The notes under the pieces are model-generated. The model saw only the letters and a list, made by a program, of their open reading frames with translations, was not told the DNA's origin and searched no databases. DNA of 64,000 bases from contig JBGAHS010000003.1 of NCBI GenBank assembly GCA_044226015.1, positions 160,001-224,000 of the forward strand, in the 5' to 3' direction. Shown piece by piece: positions 21,382-30,792 of the stretch. Both the position numbers and the translations under genes were made by a program. The stretch's first letter is position 1, and each line of letters begins with the position of its first letter. Origin of the DNA: Candidatus Obscuribacteraceae bacterium (lineage in GTDB: Bacteria > Cyanobacteriota > Vampirovibrionia > Obscuribacterales > Obscuribacteraceae).

Positions 21382-21412
21382 AGGGAATGCCAAACGGCAT
21401 TCCCTTTTATTT
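21382..21412 (+). terminator. intrinsic terminator after ftsH
   Basis: AGGGAATGCC-aaac-GGCATTCCCT followed by TTTATTT. Confidence 0.85.
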
Positions 21413-21443
21413 GATCAGGTTTGCTAGCTAGCAAGAACGCTGA

Positions 21444-22334
21444 ATGAAAAAAGAACTCACTCTTGCCACCGTTGAATCCTCATGCGATCAAACTATTAGA
21501 CTTAGAAAATCGGAGTTGAATACAATGAAAAAGAGAATAGTGCTCTTACTGTCATTAGCAATTATGCTGCCCTGTACAGGCGCTCAAGCAGCTCCTGCAA
21601 GCGGCAAACAACAGAGCATTAGCGAACTAGATAACATGCTCGCGAAGCTCTTGAGCAAGCTCAGCGAGCAAGCTGGAGCAGGAGACTCTGACAAGGTCGC
21701 TTCAACAAATCAGCTGTTCATCACTGCTATTAAAGCAGCAATGAGCGACCCAAAGCTGCTTAGCGCGTCACTTCCCAAATCAAAAGAAGCTGGACTCACC
21801 AAGCTAAGCTCAGCGGATGGCAAAGTTTGTTTCTACTCGTGGGACACCCAAACTGGTGGCACCATGCATTTCTACCGAGACTTCGTACAGTTCAAAACGA
21901 GTAAAGCAGCAGCATATCGAGATTTGAATCCTCCTGCAAAAGAGGAGGGCGATTTGGCTACAGGTTACTTTTACCACGACCTTCATAGCGTAGTAACAAG
22001 CAGCAGCAAGCCTGTATACATGCCGACCTACCGCTCAATTTTCTCAAATCAAGACCACAGTGACGGCATCACCGCTTACTCTATTGAAGGTGATAAATTG
22101 ATCGAAGTACCCTTTTTCAAAACAAAAACAAAAACGCTCAAGAGCATCAGCGTGCCTGCAATTGAAGTTGAGTGGAACGATAACGGACTGATCAATTTCA
22201 AAGATCAAAACAAGACTTTGCTAATTCCAATTACTGTGAAAGACGGCGGCGCGACTGGGCGGTTTCTCACATATCGCTTTAACGGTCAGTATTTTGTTTT
22301 TGATGAGAAAGCACGCGAAAAGCCAAAGCCCTGA
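21444..22334 (+). CDS. exported hypothetical protein
   Basis: signal peptide MKKRIVLLL.. (likely start 21525); SADGKVCFYSWDTQTGGTMH beta-rich region. Confidence 0.75.
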   Translation: MKKELTLATVESSCDQTIRLRKSELNTMKKRIVLLLSLAIMLPCTGAQAAPASGKQQSISELDNMLAKLLSKLSEQAGAGDSDKVASTNQLFITAIKAAMSDPKLLSASLPKSKEAGLTKLSSADGKVCFYSWDTQTGGTMHFYRDFVQFKTSKAAAYRDLNPPAKEEGDLATGYFYHDLHSVVTSSSKPVYMPTYRSIFSNQDHSDGITAYSIEGDKLIEVPFFKTKTKTLKSISVPAIEVEWNDNGLINFKDQNKTLLIPITVKDGGATGRFLTYRFNGQYFVFDEKAREKPKP

Positions 22335-22342
22335 GCAAACCT

Positions 22343-22735
22343 CTATCGCGCTACAGAACATATGCTGTAGGCAATTATCCAGGGATAAACCAATACAATA
22401 AAAATGAACGAGACTGCAAGACCGATAGGAATTTTTGCAGTGCCCAGCAATTTCGCACGCGGACCCAGATAAGATGCGCAATAGATTGCCTTGTATAAGA
22501 CTTGCAAAATCAATACCGGCAAACAAAACCTGGGAAGTAGCAATCCGAACAGCGACAAGATAAGAATGGAAGACCAAAGTGAAGCCACCAGCAACCTGAG
22601 CCCATCAGAGTTGGCAACCGTTGACTGAAAGGCTCGAAGGGGACGTCCTTCGACGTCTGAAAACATAAAGTATAGAACAGGAATCAAAATGAAGACGTTT
22701 AGCGAATATGCAAAACGCAAAAACAACTCGTCCAA
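22343..22735 (-). CDS. small multi-TM membrane protein
   Basis: 130 aa with about four hydrophobic segments. Confidence 0.65.
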   Translation of the reverse strand: MDELFLRFAYSLNVFILIPVLYFMFSDVEGRPLRAFQSTVANSDGLRLLVASLWSSILILSLFGLLLPRFCLPVLILQVLYKAIYCASYLGPRAKLLGTAKIPIGLAVSFIFIVLVYPWIIAYSICSVAR

Positions 22736-22862
22736 AACTTGAACTCCCTTGCAGCAGCACCATAAACCATAGCAAAATCATGTACATCTCTGACAGAGTT
22801 TCAACAATTAGGTAGCATCGCCTGGTCACTTTATTCAACATCCCAACGAGGCGGAGACACTA

Positions 22863-23630
22863 CTAAGACCTAAAAGGCTTCCATTCGCCATCTTCATGCA
22901 ATATTTCATTGGGAGTAAACGCGGCTTTGTATTCCATCGAGATGTTTCCGGCGATGTAATAGCCGAAATAAATGTAATCGAAACCCAGCTCGCGAGCGCG
23001 CTCAATCATTGAAATACAAATCCAATTTCCTAGCGAGCGGTCACGATGTTGCGGTGAGTGATAAAAGTAAATACCAGAAAACCCATCAGGCAATTGGTCC
23101 ACGTATGCAATTGCGAGCAGTTCATCACCCAGATAGTAAGCCCATTCCTGAACCGGAAGTGGACTCACAATAAACTGCAGAATACTCTGAACAGTCGATT
23201 CCTCGCTCTCTTTGACTGGATGCCAGCCTCGGGTTCCAGCATGATGTTGGTGGTGATCAACATAAAGCTTTATGCGCGCCTCATCGATGATGGGTTCGCC
23301 AACTACAAGCCGCAGTTCATCAGCGTTCTGCTTCATGATTCTCCGTTGACTGCGATTAGGCTTGTACTCTCGTACCGGTACGCGAATGGGTTGGCACGCG
23401 TTACAGCTGGGACACTCTGGACGAAAAAGAAAGTAACCAAAGCGCCGCCAGCGCAGGTTGATCAAATCGAGATAGTCCTGAGAACTAATCTCATCAATAA
23501 TTTCGGCGTACACCATCTCTGATTTTTGCGCAGGCAAATAATCGCAACGACGAAGAGGCATTCTCATCAAATTGACTCTCATCGCTAGCTCCGCACAACG
23601 ACGCCTGCCTTCGCAACAGATTTCACGCAA
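22863..23630 (-). CDS. arginyl/leucyl-tRNA--protein transferase (ATE/Bpt family)
   Basis: CDYLP, WRRFG..FRPECPSCNACQPIR, SLGNW, YIYFGYYI..SMEYK; start likely an internal Met. Confidence 0.88.
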   Translation of the reverse strand: MREICCEGRRRCAELAMRVNLMRMPLRRCDYLPAQKSEMVYAEIIDEISSQDYLDLINLRWRRFGYFLFRPECPSCNACQPIRVPVREYKPNRSQRRIMKQNADELRLVVGEPIIDEARIKLYVDHHQHHAGTRGWHPVKESEESTVQSILQFIVSPLPVQEWAYYLGDELLAIAYVDQLPDGFSGIYFYHSPQHRDRSLGNWICISMIERARELGFDYIYFGYYIAGNISMEYKAAFTPNEILHEDGEWKPFRS

Positions 23631-23646
23631 GCATCAAAGTTTGCGC

Positions 23647-24822
23647 TTATTTGTTTGCCTTTTTTTCTTCCTTGCTTGTCTCGCCAGGAGGCGCTTTGAT
23701 CTTGATAAGATCGCGCATATCTTGCTGCAAGAAACCAGACCCAGCACCAAAGAGCCCTGAACCAGGACCCAAGCCACCGCCGCCACCACCACCAATCGGA
23801 CTGAAGTTCTGAATCGGCAGAAAGTTCGCTTGCTGCAATTCCCGCATGTGCATGATGATTTGGTTTTTCGTTTGCGGGTTAGTATCAACCATCACGCCTT
23901 CATTGAACTTTTGAATGGCAGCTGGCACATTTCCCGATTTCTCGTGGCAAATTCCCAACGAATACAGCACATTGGCATCATCAGGCCGCACTTCATTAGC
24001 TTTAGTCAGATGATCAAGTGCTTCCGACCATTTTTGCTTCGAGATCAATATATTGATGATGCCCATGCGAGCCTGATTGTAGCGCTCATCATCAGACAGC
24101 GCCTTCTTGTACTCTTCCAGCGCCTCATCAACCTTACCAGCGCTAAACATCATGTCTGCTTTGGTGCTTCGGGCTTCCGCGTTTTTACCTTTCTGTTCGA
24201 TGGCAGTGTCAAGCTCTTTCATAGCCTGCTCTTTCTCGCCCTTTTTGAAGTGCAAAACGCCTTTAATTAAGTGAACGTCAGGATTCTTGTTGTTTTTGTC
24301 CAGAGCAGCATTTGCGTGCTCCATTGCTTTGTCCAGGTCACCAGTTTGAACATGCAACACCGACAGGGTGCTGTTTATCATGGCTTCGTTGGCACCCATT
24401 TCCTTGGCTGTGTTTAGCTCTTTCTTAGCCTCGTCCAGCATCGCCTTCTGCTCTGTGGAGCCAGCTTCCTTGCTTCCAGCCTGCGTTCGCAGGAGATTTC
24501 CCAGAATCAAGTGCATGTCCCTGTGCGTAGGCTTTATTTTCAAGCCCTCTCGGCATTCTTCAATAGCCGCATTAAGGTCTTGCTTTTGCACATAGATATT
24601 GACGAGGTTGAGGTGCGGTTCGAAAGCATCAGGCTTCAGGGAAGCCGCATACTTAAACGCTTTGATAGCGTGATCAACGTTTCCGTTGAAGTAGAGTAGC
24701 TGTCCCAGCTGCATCTTTTTGGCGTAGCTGGGCTTTTCAGCAGCGGTAGCGCCTGTTCCCAGCAGCATTATCGCGACTGTAGACAGGCAGATGAATTGAT
24801 AGTAATCCCGACGTGATTCCAT
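23647..24822 (-). CDS. exported TPR-repeat protein with Gly-rich tail
   Basis: signal peptide, multiple TPR repeats, GGGGGGGLGPGSG tail. Confidence 0.85.
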   Translation of the reverse strand: MESRRDYYQFICLSTVAIMLLGTGATAAEKPSYAKKMQLGQLLYFNGNVDHAIKAFKYAASLKPDAFEPHLNLVNIYVQKQDLNAAIEECREGLKIKPTHRDMHLILGNLLRTQAGSKEAGSTEQKAMLDEAKKELNTAKEMGANEAMINSTLSVLHVQTGDLDKAMEHANAALDKNNKNPDVHLIKGVLHFKKGEKEQAMKELDTAIEQKGKNAEARSTKADMMFSAGKVDEALEEYKKALSDDERYNQARMGIINILISKQKWSEALDHLTKANEVRPDDANVLYSLGICHEKSGNVPAAIQKFNEGVMVDTNPQTKNQIIMHMRELQQANFLPIQNFSPIGGGGGGGLGPGSGLFGAGSGFLQQDMRDLIKIKAPPGETSKEEKKANK

Positions 24823-25000
24823 AAACTAAAGCATAAACGAAACTGCTAATAGGAGCAAATTTTGCATAGAAAAGGAAACCTAAATAAACCTTAGAGTATA
24901 TGCGTTGCCAATGTTTAGGTGCTAATCTTGGACCCATCGCATCAGGAGCCGATCTCCTGAATCCGGACCGCGTTGTTCCAAGATAGCCGGAGGGTCATAC

Positions 25001-26500
25001 ATGGCTGTAGTACAAGAAAAGAAACTGCTTTGCGAAGAGTGGCTAAAACAGGAAAAGAAGCTTCTCATCGATGGTAAATGGGTAGCTGCTGAATCAGGCA
25101 AAACCTTTGAAACCACCAACCCAGCAACAGAAGAAGTTCTGTCCAAAGTTGCAGAGGGAAGCAAAGCAGACGTAGACAAGGCTGTAAAGGCTGCTCGCAA
25201 AGCAGTTGAAGACGGTCCTTGGCGCAAAATGTCTGCTGCTCACCGCGCCAGACTGCTCTACAAGCTCGCTGACGAAATCGAAAAGCGCGCTGATGAGTTC
25301 GCACAATTGGAAACCCTCGATAACGGCAAACCGATTAGAGAATCGCGTTACGTTGATGTAGTTCAGACAGTTGAAACCTTCCGCTACTACGCTGGTTGGG
25401 TTACAAAACTGGAAGGCGAAACAACCAACGTCAACAATGATTTCTTCACCTACACGCTTCGTGAGCCAGTCGGCGTCGTTGGACAAATCATTCCCTGGAA
25501 CTTCCCCTTGCTCATGGCAGCATGGAAGCTCGGTCCAGCACTTGCTTGCGGCAACGCAGTAATACTCAAGCCAGCAGAACAGACCCCTCTCACCGCCCTT
25601 CGCCTCGGCGAATTGGCTTGTGAAGTCGGCATTCCAGATGGCGTATTGAACATCATCACAGGTTTCGGACCAAACGCAGCAGGTTCTGCAATCTCCGAGC
25701 ACATGGACATCGATAAAGTAGCCTTCACTGGCGAAGATAAGACAGGCAAGAAAATTGTCGAAGCTTCGTTGGGCAACCTGAAGCGCGTCTCGCTAGAACT
25801 CGGCGGCAAGGCACCAAACATCGTCTTCGCTGACGCTGACATTGATGCTGCTGTTAAGGGCGCAATCATGGGCATCTTCTTCAACCAGGGTCAAGTTTGT
25901 TGCGCAGGCAGCCGCCTCTTCCTGGAAAAAGGCATCCATGACGAATTCATGACCAAGCTTACAGAGCGCGTAAGTAAAATGAAGCAAGGCAACGGTCTCG
26001 ACGAAAACACCCAAATCGGACCACAGGTCTCCAGAGACCAGCAGCAACGCATCCTCAACTACTGCGAAATCGGTAAGAAGGAAGGCGCTAAGTTGGTTTG
26101 TGGTGGCGAAAGCTACAAAGATGGCGAGTTAGCTAAGGGCTACTTCGTCAAACCAACAATCTTCGATGGCGTTAGCAACACAATGCAAATCGCTCAAGAA
26201 GAAATCTTCGGACCAGTTCTCTCAGTAATTCCATTCAGCAATATGGAACAAGTCGCTGAGGAAGCCAACAAAGTTCAATTCGGACTTTCTGGAGCTGTCT
26301 GGACCCAAGACGTGAAGAAAGCGCACAAGTTCGCTTCACACATCAAAGCCGGCACAATCTGGGTAAACTGCTACAACATGTTCGACCCACAAATGCCATT
26401 CGGCGGATACAAAATGAGCGGCTACGGACGCGAACTCGGAAAACACTCCATCGAGTTGTACACCAACATCAAGAGTGTTTGGGTCAACCTCGCTGACTAA
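25001..26500 (+). CDS. NAD(P)+-dependent aldehyde dehydrogenase
   Basis: IIPWNFP, KPAEQTP, LELGGK, FFNQGQVCCAG, EEIFGP, PFGGYKMSG. Confidence 0.96.
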   Translation: MAVVQEKKLLCEEWLKQEKKLLIDGKWVAAESGKTFETTNPATEEVLSKVAEGSKADVDKAVKAARKAVEDGPWRKMSAAHRARLLYKLADEIEKRADEFAQLETLDNGKPIRESRYVDVVQTVETFRYYAGWVTKLEGETTNVNNDFFTYTLREPVGVVGQIIPWNFPLLMAAWKLGPALACGNAVILKPAEQTPLTALRLGELACEVGIPDGVLNIITGFGPNAAGSAISEHMDIDKVAFTGEDKTGKKIVEASLGNLKRVSLELGGKAPNIVFADADIDAAVKGAIMGIFFNQGQVCCAGSRLFLEKGIHDEFMTKLTERVSKMKQGNGLDENTQIGPQVSRDQQQRILNYCEIGKKEGAKLVCGGESYKDGELAKGYFVKPTIFDGVSNTMQIAQEEIFGPVLSVIPFSNMEQVAEEANKVQFGLSGAVWTQDVKKAHKFASHIKAGTIWVNCYNMFDPQMPFGGYKMSGYGRELGKHSIELYTNIKSVWVNLAD

Positions 26501-26517
26501 TCCATCATATAAGTAAG

Positions 26518-26550
26518 CAAAAGAGGAGCAGGCGACTGCTCCTCTTTTCT
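26518..26550 (+). terminator. intrinsic, probably bidirectional, terminator
   Basis: AAAAGAGGAGCAG-gcga-CTGCTCCTCTTTT. Confidence 0.88.
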
Positions 26551-26900
26551 GTCAGGAATAAAAATTCTTGGCTCAAGGTGGCGTCTTCGAGCTTCATAAG
26601 AAGCTGCGCCAATGGGTATAATGCAAGGCTTCAACAAGTTTGATCAAAACGCCATAAAACTATATAACAGCGCTTGGGATAGCTACTTAAAACGTACAGG
26701 GCAAACAGAAGAAACAATCAAGCGAATTGTAGAAGAAGCTCGGAAGCTCCTCATTGAAAAGTAGGTGAAAAATGATAGATCCAGTTCTTATGCGACGTTC
26801 AGACAGTGGTGAAATTAGCCTCTATGATAAAAGAGACAAATTTATGGCGTGAGGTGACTTTGTCAAAATCATTGCTACCTAAAACGGAATCCGAACCAAA

Positions 26901-27674
26901 ATGAAGCGATTGATTTCAGCTTTAGTCCTGGTTCTCATAGCAGTACCATCGGCTCTGGGGGCGGAGCAAAAGGCAACTTTGCCGAACAAAGTTATATGGG
27001 CGTGGCAAAGACCAGAACATCTGCAATTTCTAAACCCAAAGGAATTCGGAGTTGCATACCTAGCCTGCAGAGCGCTTTTAAGCGAAGACAAAGTCATCTA
27101 TCACTGGCGCAATCAGACGTTGAGCTTGCCAGAAAACACGCAACTTATTCCCACAATTAGAATTGACGTTGACCTTAAAAATTCTCCTAAATTAAGCGCT
27201 GAGCAAATCGAATCACTGCTGAAAGTAATCGAGCAAATAGCGCATCGCCCAAACACGGCAGAGATTCAGATAGACTTTGATGCACGAGTTACAGAACGCG
27301 AATTCTATAGAAAATTAGTAAAACGAGTGAAGGAAGAGCTGAGCACCGTTCCCCTTTCTATCACAGCCCTTGCCTCATGGTGCCTTTTCGACAGCTGGAT
27401 CAAAGACCTACCAGTTGATGAATCTGTGCCAATGATGTTTAGCCTTGGCCAGGAACGTTCGAAAATTCTCTATTACTTCAAAACACACAAGACTTTCCTG
27501 GTCGATGGTTGCTGCAAATCACTCGGAATATCCATCGAAGATGCAGAGGTTAACGGAATCATGATTCCGCTTGTCAAAGAGCGTAAAATACCAGTGCGCA
27601 TTTTTGTGTTCAGCAAAACAGCGTGGAACGAGAGAAAACTTCAGGCAGTTAGGAAACTTCTGGGAGAACCATGA
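26901..27674 (+). CDS. DUF3142-like exported protein
   Basis: signal peptide, WAWQRPEHL, EIQIDFDA, LSITALASWC, VPMMF. Confidence 0.7.
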   Translation: MKRLISALVLVLIAVPSALGAEQKATLPNKVIWAWQRPEHLQFLNPKEFGVAYLACRALLSEDKVIYHWRNQTLSLPENTQLIPTIRIDVDLKNSPKLSAEQIESLLKVIEQIAHRPNTAEIQIDFDARVTEREFYRKLVKRVKEELSTVPLSITALASWCLFDSWIKDLPVDESVPMMFSLGQERSKILYYFKTHKTFLVDGCCKSLGISIEDAEVNGIMIPLVKERKIPVRIFVFSKTAWNERKLQAVRKLLGEP

Positions 27675-29926
27675 GAAAAGTAATCAAAGCGGCACTAGCA
27701 AGCGCATTATTGTTTAGCACACTCACAGCGCAGACATTGCCCGTAATGGCATGTGCATTCGCCAGCGAAAACTACTTTACCTTCACTACTCACCCTGACT
27801 TGCCAATGAAGTCTTATGCTGAAGGCAAACTGGGAATTCTGCAAAACACTTATGCCCGTTCATATTTGCTTGTAGCGTACAAATATCTCTCTGATGCACC
27901 ACTCAGCGCAGAAGAGCAGAAAGAAGTAGTGTCACTGTGGTACGACAGACTGTCACAGGGAGATTTTACAGGCACAACAGATCCGTCCTCATGGATAAAA
28001 GCGCGTTCAGCAGTGCCAGGAATTGCGAAGGCCGCTGACATTTACCCAGACCGTTCGATAAGCAAAGAAGAATCGTGGACCATGTTTTGCAACTGCCAGC
28101 CTTCGGCGTTTCAAACCGCAATAAAGACCCTGCAAAACCTGGTCACCAAATACGGTGCCAGCGCACAAGGTGTTAAAGACTGGGTTGCAGCACAAGACAA
28201 AGTATTTTCCAATTGCGGCAACGCGCCATACAGCGACAAAATGCCAGCTGCAGCCATCCCCGAGCCACTGCCAGCAACTGCTGACGCAGCCCTGAGACAA
28301 GATCGAGCCTACCAGATAGCGGCAGCAAACTTCTACGCTCAAAACTATGATGCTGCAGCAAAAGAATTCCAGGCAATTGCAGCAGACGCAGCATCTCCAT
28401 GGAATCACGTCGCTGGATATCTAGCTGTGCGTTCTGTCATCAGGCACGCAACGCTGGGAAAAACAGTAAACAAAAGCATGCTGGAACAAGCGTCTGAGAT
28501 GCTGAAAAAGATCATCGTGGATCCCAAACTTTCCGATCTGTCTTCAGACATGAAAGAACTTCAAAGCTATATTGCTGTTAGATTGACTCCAGAACAGCAC
28601 TTGCAAGAACTAGCAAAAGAAAAAATCAGCAAGACCAACATAGCAGAGTTCACAAAAACAATAGATGTGTTGCTCGGAGGAGATGACGGAGGGCAAGAAG
28701 TTAAGTATGCATCTTTGCCAGCGTCACTAAAACAACCTGAGCTTATCGACTGGATAATGTGCTTTCAAGCCAATGACGATGAGGCGAAGCATCACGCTGT
28801 TGATAAATGGAAGCAAACAAAATCTCTGCCCTGGCTTGTGGCAGCTATTGCATCAATAGACGAGAAAGACCCCAACGCCAATGCCATTCTTGCCGAAGCG
28901 GCAAAACACGAAAACAGCCCCGCGAAATGGACTTTGCTCTATCATGCAAACCGAATTGGCATGGCTCAAGGAAAAGGTGCAAAAGTCAGAGCAGACCTAG
29001 ATAAGCTACTTGCGAATCCACCAGCAGATATACCTCTAGGGACACTCAACAAATTCAAGACTCAGCGCTTAGTGCTGGCACAAAACCTGGGCGATATTGC
29101 AAAGTTCGGAGTACAGACGCCTCTATCAAACTGCTCTAACGGTGGCACCGAACAGGTTCCAGATGATATGGATGAAATCGTCAAATCTGGAAAAATCAAA
29201 AAGGAAGATCCGCTGTTCACCACAGCAACAGGCAATATGCTCATATCAAAACTACCAATGAGCGCTCTAAAACAACTTTCGAGCAATACATCGATCCCCG
29301 CACCTCTGCGCAACAACCTTGCATGGACTAGCTGGGTACGTGCAGTCTTGCTTGGAGATGACAACACAGCCAAGGACTTAGCTCCAATCGTTAAAGCTCT
29401 CAACAAAGCAAAAACAAAATACGTTGATGCATATCTGGCAGCTGCAACTCCTGAAGATAAGAAATTCTCCGCAGTAAATCTGATGCTGCATTTTTCCTCA
29501 GCACAACCCACCGCATCGTCAGGCAGCGAGCCAGAAGATGCGTTCGGTGATGCAAGCGGATGGTGGTGGGGCGCACCACCTATCAACGAGGCAAGCAACA
29601 GCGACAGCGAAGATTCAAGCGCAGACGACACCAATATTGAGCCCGCCTTTCTTACAGCTGCGCAAAAGGCTGAGCTGAAGGCACAACTCGGAAAACTTAG
29701 CAAAGTTGAAGCAGCACCAAACTACTTCGCTAAGGTCGTCCTTCCATTTGCAAAGGCTCACCCAACAGATGCACGCGTTCCCGAGGCACTTCACTTCCTG
29801 GTAAGCGCAACACATTACGGAAGTACTGATGACGCAACGAAAGCTTTCTCTAAACAAGCTTTCAGCATTTTGCATACAAAGTACAAGACAGATCCCTGGA
29901 CAAAGAAAACACCTTACTTCTATTAA
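27671..29926 (+). CDS. large exported alpha-helical protein, partner of the DUF3142-like gene
   Basis: signal peptide, GKLGIL..TYARSYL, AYQIAAANFY, HPTDARVPEALH, WTKKTPYFY; 4-nt overlap with upstream gene. Confidence 0.8.
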   Translation: MRKVIKAALASALLFSTLTAQTLPVMACAFASENYFTFTTHPDLPMKSYAEGKLGILQNTYARSYLLVAYKYLSDAPLSAEEQKEVVSLWYDRLSQGDFTGTTDPSSWIKARSAVPGIAKAADIYPDRSISKEESWTMFCNCQPSAFQTAIKTLQNLVTKYGASAQGVKDWVAAQDKVFSNCGNAPYSDKMPAAAIPEPLPATADAALRQDRAYQIAAANFYAQNYDAAAKEFQAIAADAASPWNHVAGYLAVRSVIRHATLGKTVNKSMLEQASEMLKKIIVDPKLSDLSSDMKELQSYIAVRLTPEQHLQELAKEKISKTNIAEFTKTIDVLLGGDDGGQEVKYASLPASLKQPELIDWIMCFQANDDEAKHHAVDKWKQTKSLPWLVAAIASIDEKDPNANAILAEAAKHENSPAKWTLLYHANRIGMAQGKGAKVRADLDKLLANPPADIPLGTLNKFKTQRLVLAQNLGDIAKFGVQTPLSNCSNGGTEQVPDDMDEIVKSGKIKKEDPLFTTATGNMLISKLPMSALKQLSSNTSIPAPLRNNLAWTSWVRAVLLGDDNTAKDLAPIVKALNKAKTKYVDAYLAAATPEDKKFSAVNLMLHFSSAQPTASSGSEPEDAFGDASGWWWGAPPINEASNSDSEDSSADDTNIEPAFLTAAQKAELKAQLGKLSKVEAAPNYFAKVVLPFAKAHPTDARVPEALHFLVSATHYGSTDDATKAFSKQAFSILHTKYKTDPWTKKTPYFY

Positions 29927-30070
29927 GTGAACTGCTGATCGAGAAGGTCACATCCCAGATCGGCTAATGGAGTAAAGATGCTCAAGCCATTTATAAAGCT
30001 CTGGCCCGAGGTGTATCCAACGGACAAATGGCATAAGCACTCTGACAAAGCTAAGTGAGAGATGAGCAGA

Positions 30071-30526
30071 TCAGAGCCCGGTGCGGGTAGTGGAGTAAAC
30101 GCTTTCCATCCACTTATACAGCTCTGGACCTAGATGTATCCAACGGACAAGAGGCACGAGAATCACAACGACTCCAATACTGAGCAACATAAAGAAGAAG
30201 GTCCTCATAAGAAAACCACTTTTGTCATACAGCAAGCACGCTAGAAAAATGATTAGCGCCCCAATGCCAAAGCCAGGGTATGTGATAGATGCAGCGGGAT
30301 GAACCGGCAAATTTGGATCGCTGCCATTCATTGTGACGGACATTCCTATGCCGAGTAGCTCAAGGAAGAGAATTGCATATGCCCCCAACACGCCTGAAAA
30401 AATGGCAGCAATAGCGAGTATATTGTTCTGCATAATCGCTCTGACCAAGCAAAGTAGGAAAGTTTCCTTGCCGATTATAGATTCTTTGGAAGAGAACTGC
30501 CACCATAATCCTGGGATCGCCGCCAT
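30071..30526 (-). CDS. membrane protein, hypothetical
   Basis: three hydrophobic segments; likely start at internal MQNNIL. Confidence 0.55.
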   Translation of the reverse strand: MAAIPGLWWQFSSKESIIGKETFLLCLVRAIMQNNILAIAAIFSGVLGAYAILFLELLGIGMSVTMNGSDPNLPVHPAASITYPGFGIGALIIFLACLLYDKSGFLMRTFFFMLLSIGVVVILVPLVRWIHLGPELYKWMESVYSTTRTGL

Positions 30527-30643
30527 CTTGGCAGCATCGAGTCTTGCTCGCCGAAGCTATTGCTCGAGGAGCCTCTTTTAGTGAAACCAGGTTTATTGTT
30601 GGTAAATACCAGTTTTTTTTGGAGAATCCTGGGACGCGAAAAA

Positions 30644-30735
30644 TCAGGCGCGGTCTTCAGAGCACTGCACACCCAGGCTACGCAGCCTCGTCAAAAGGGC
30701 ACGGCGCTCTGCCTGCGTGAAACCATGCAAGCAAA
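30644..30735 (-). pseudogene. 3'-end remnant of a third kinase paralog
   Basis: encodes LHGFTQAERRALLTRLRSLGVQCSEDRA*, matching the C-termini of the two upstream kinases. Confidence 0.75.
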
Positions 30736-30792
30736 ACGCATTTTCTTTGGACAGTTTTTGACACCCCAGGAGAACAAGCCTAAAACGAGTAC

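Noticed and set aside
25094..25702. Long antisense ORFs over the aldehyde dehydrogenase (and similar ones over atpD, ftsH and the 27671 gene)
   Set aside because: Explained by codon bias of the well-supported sense genes
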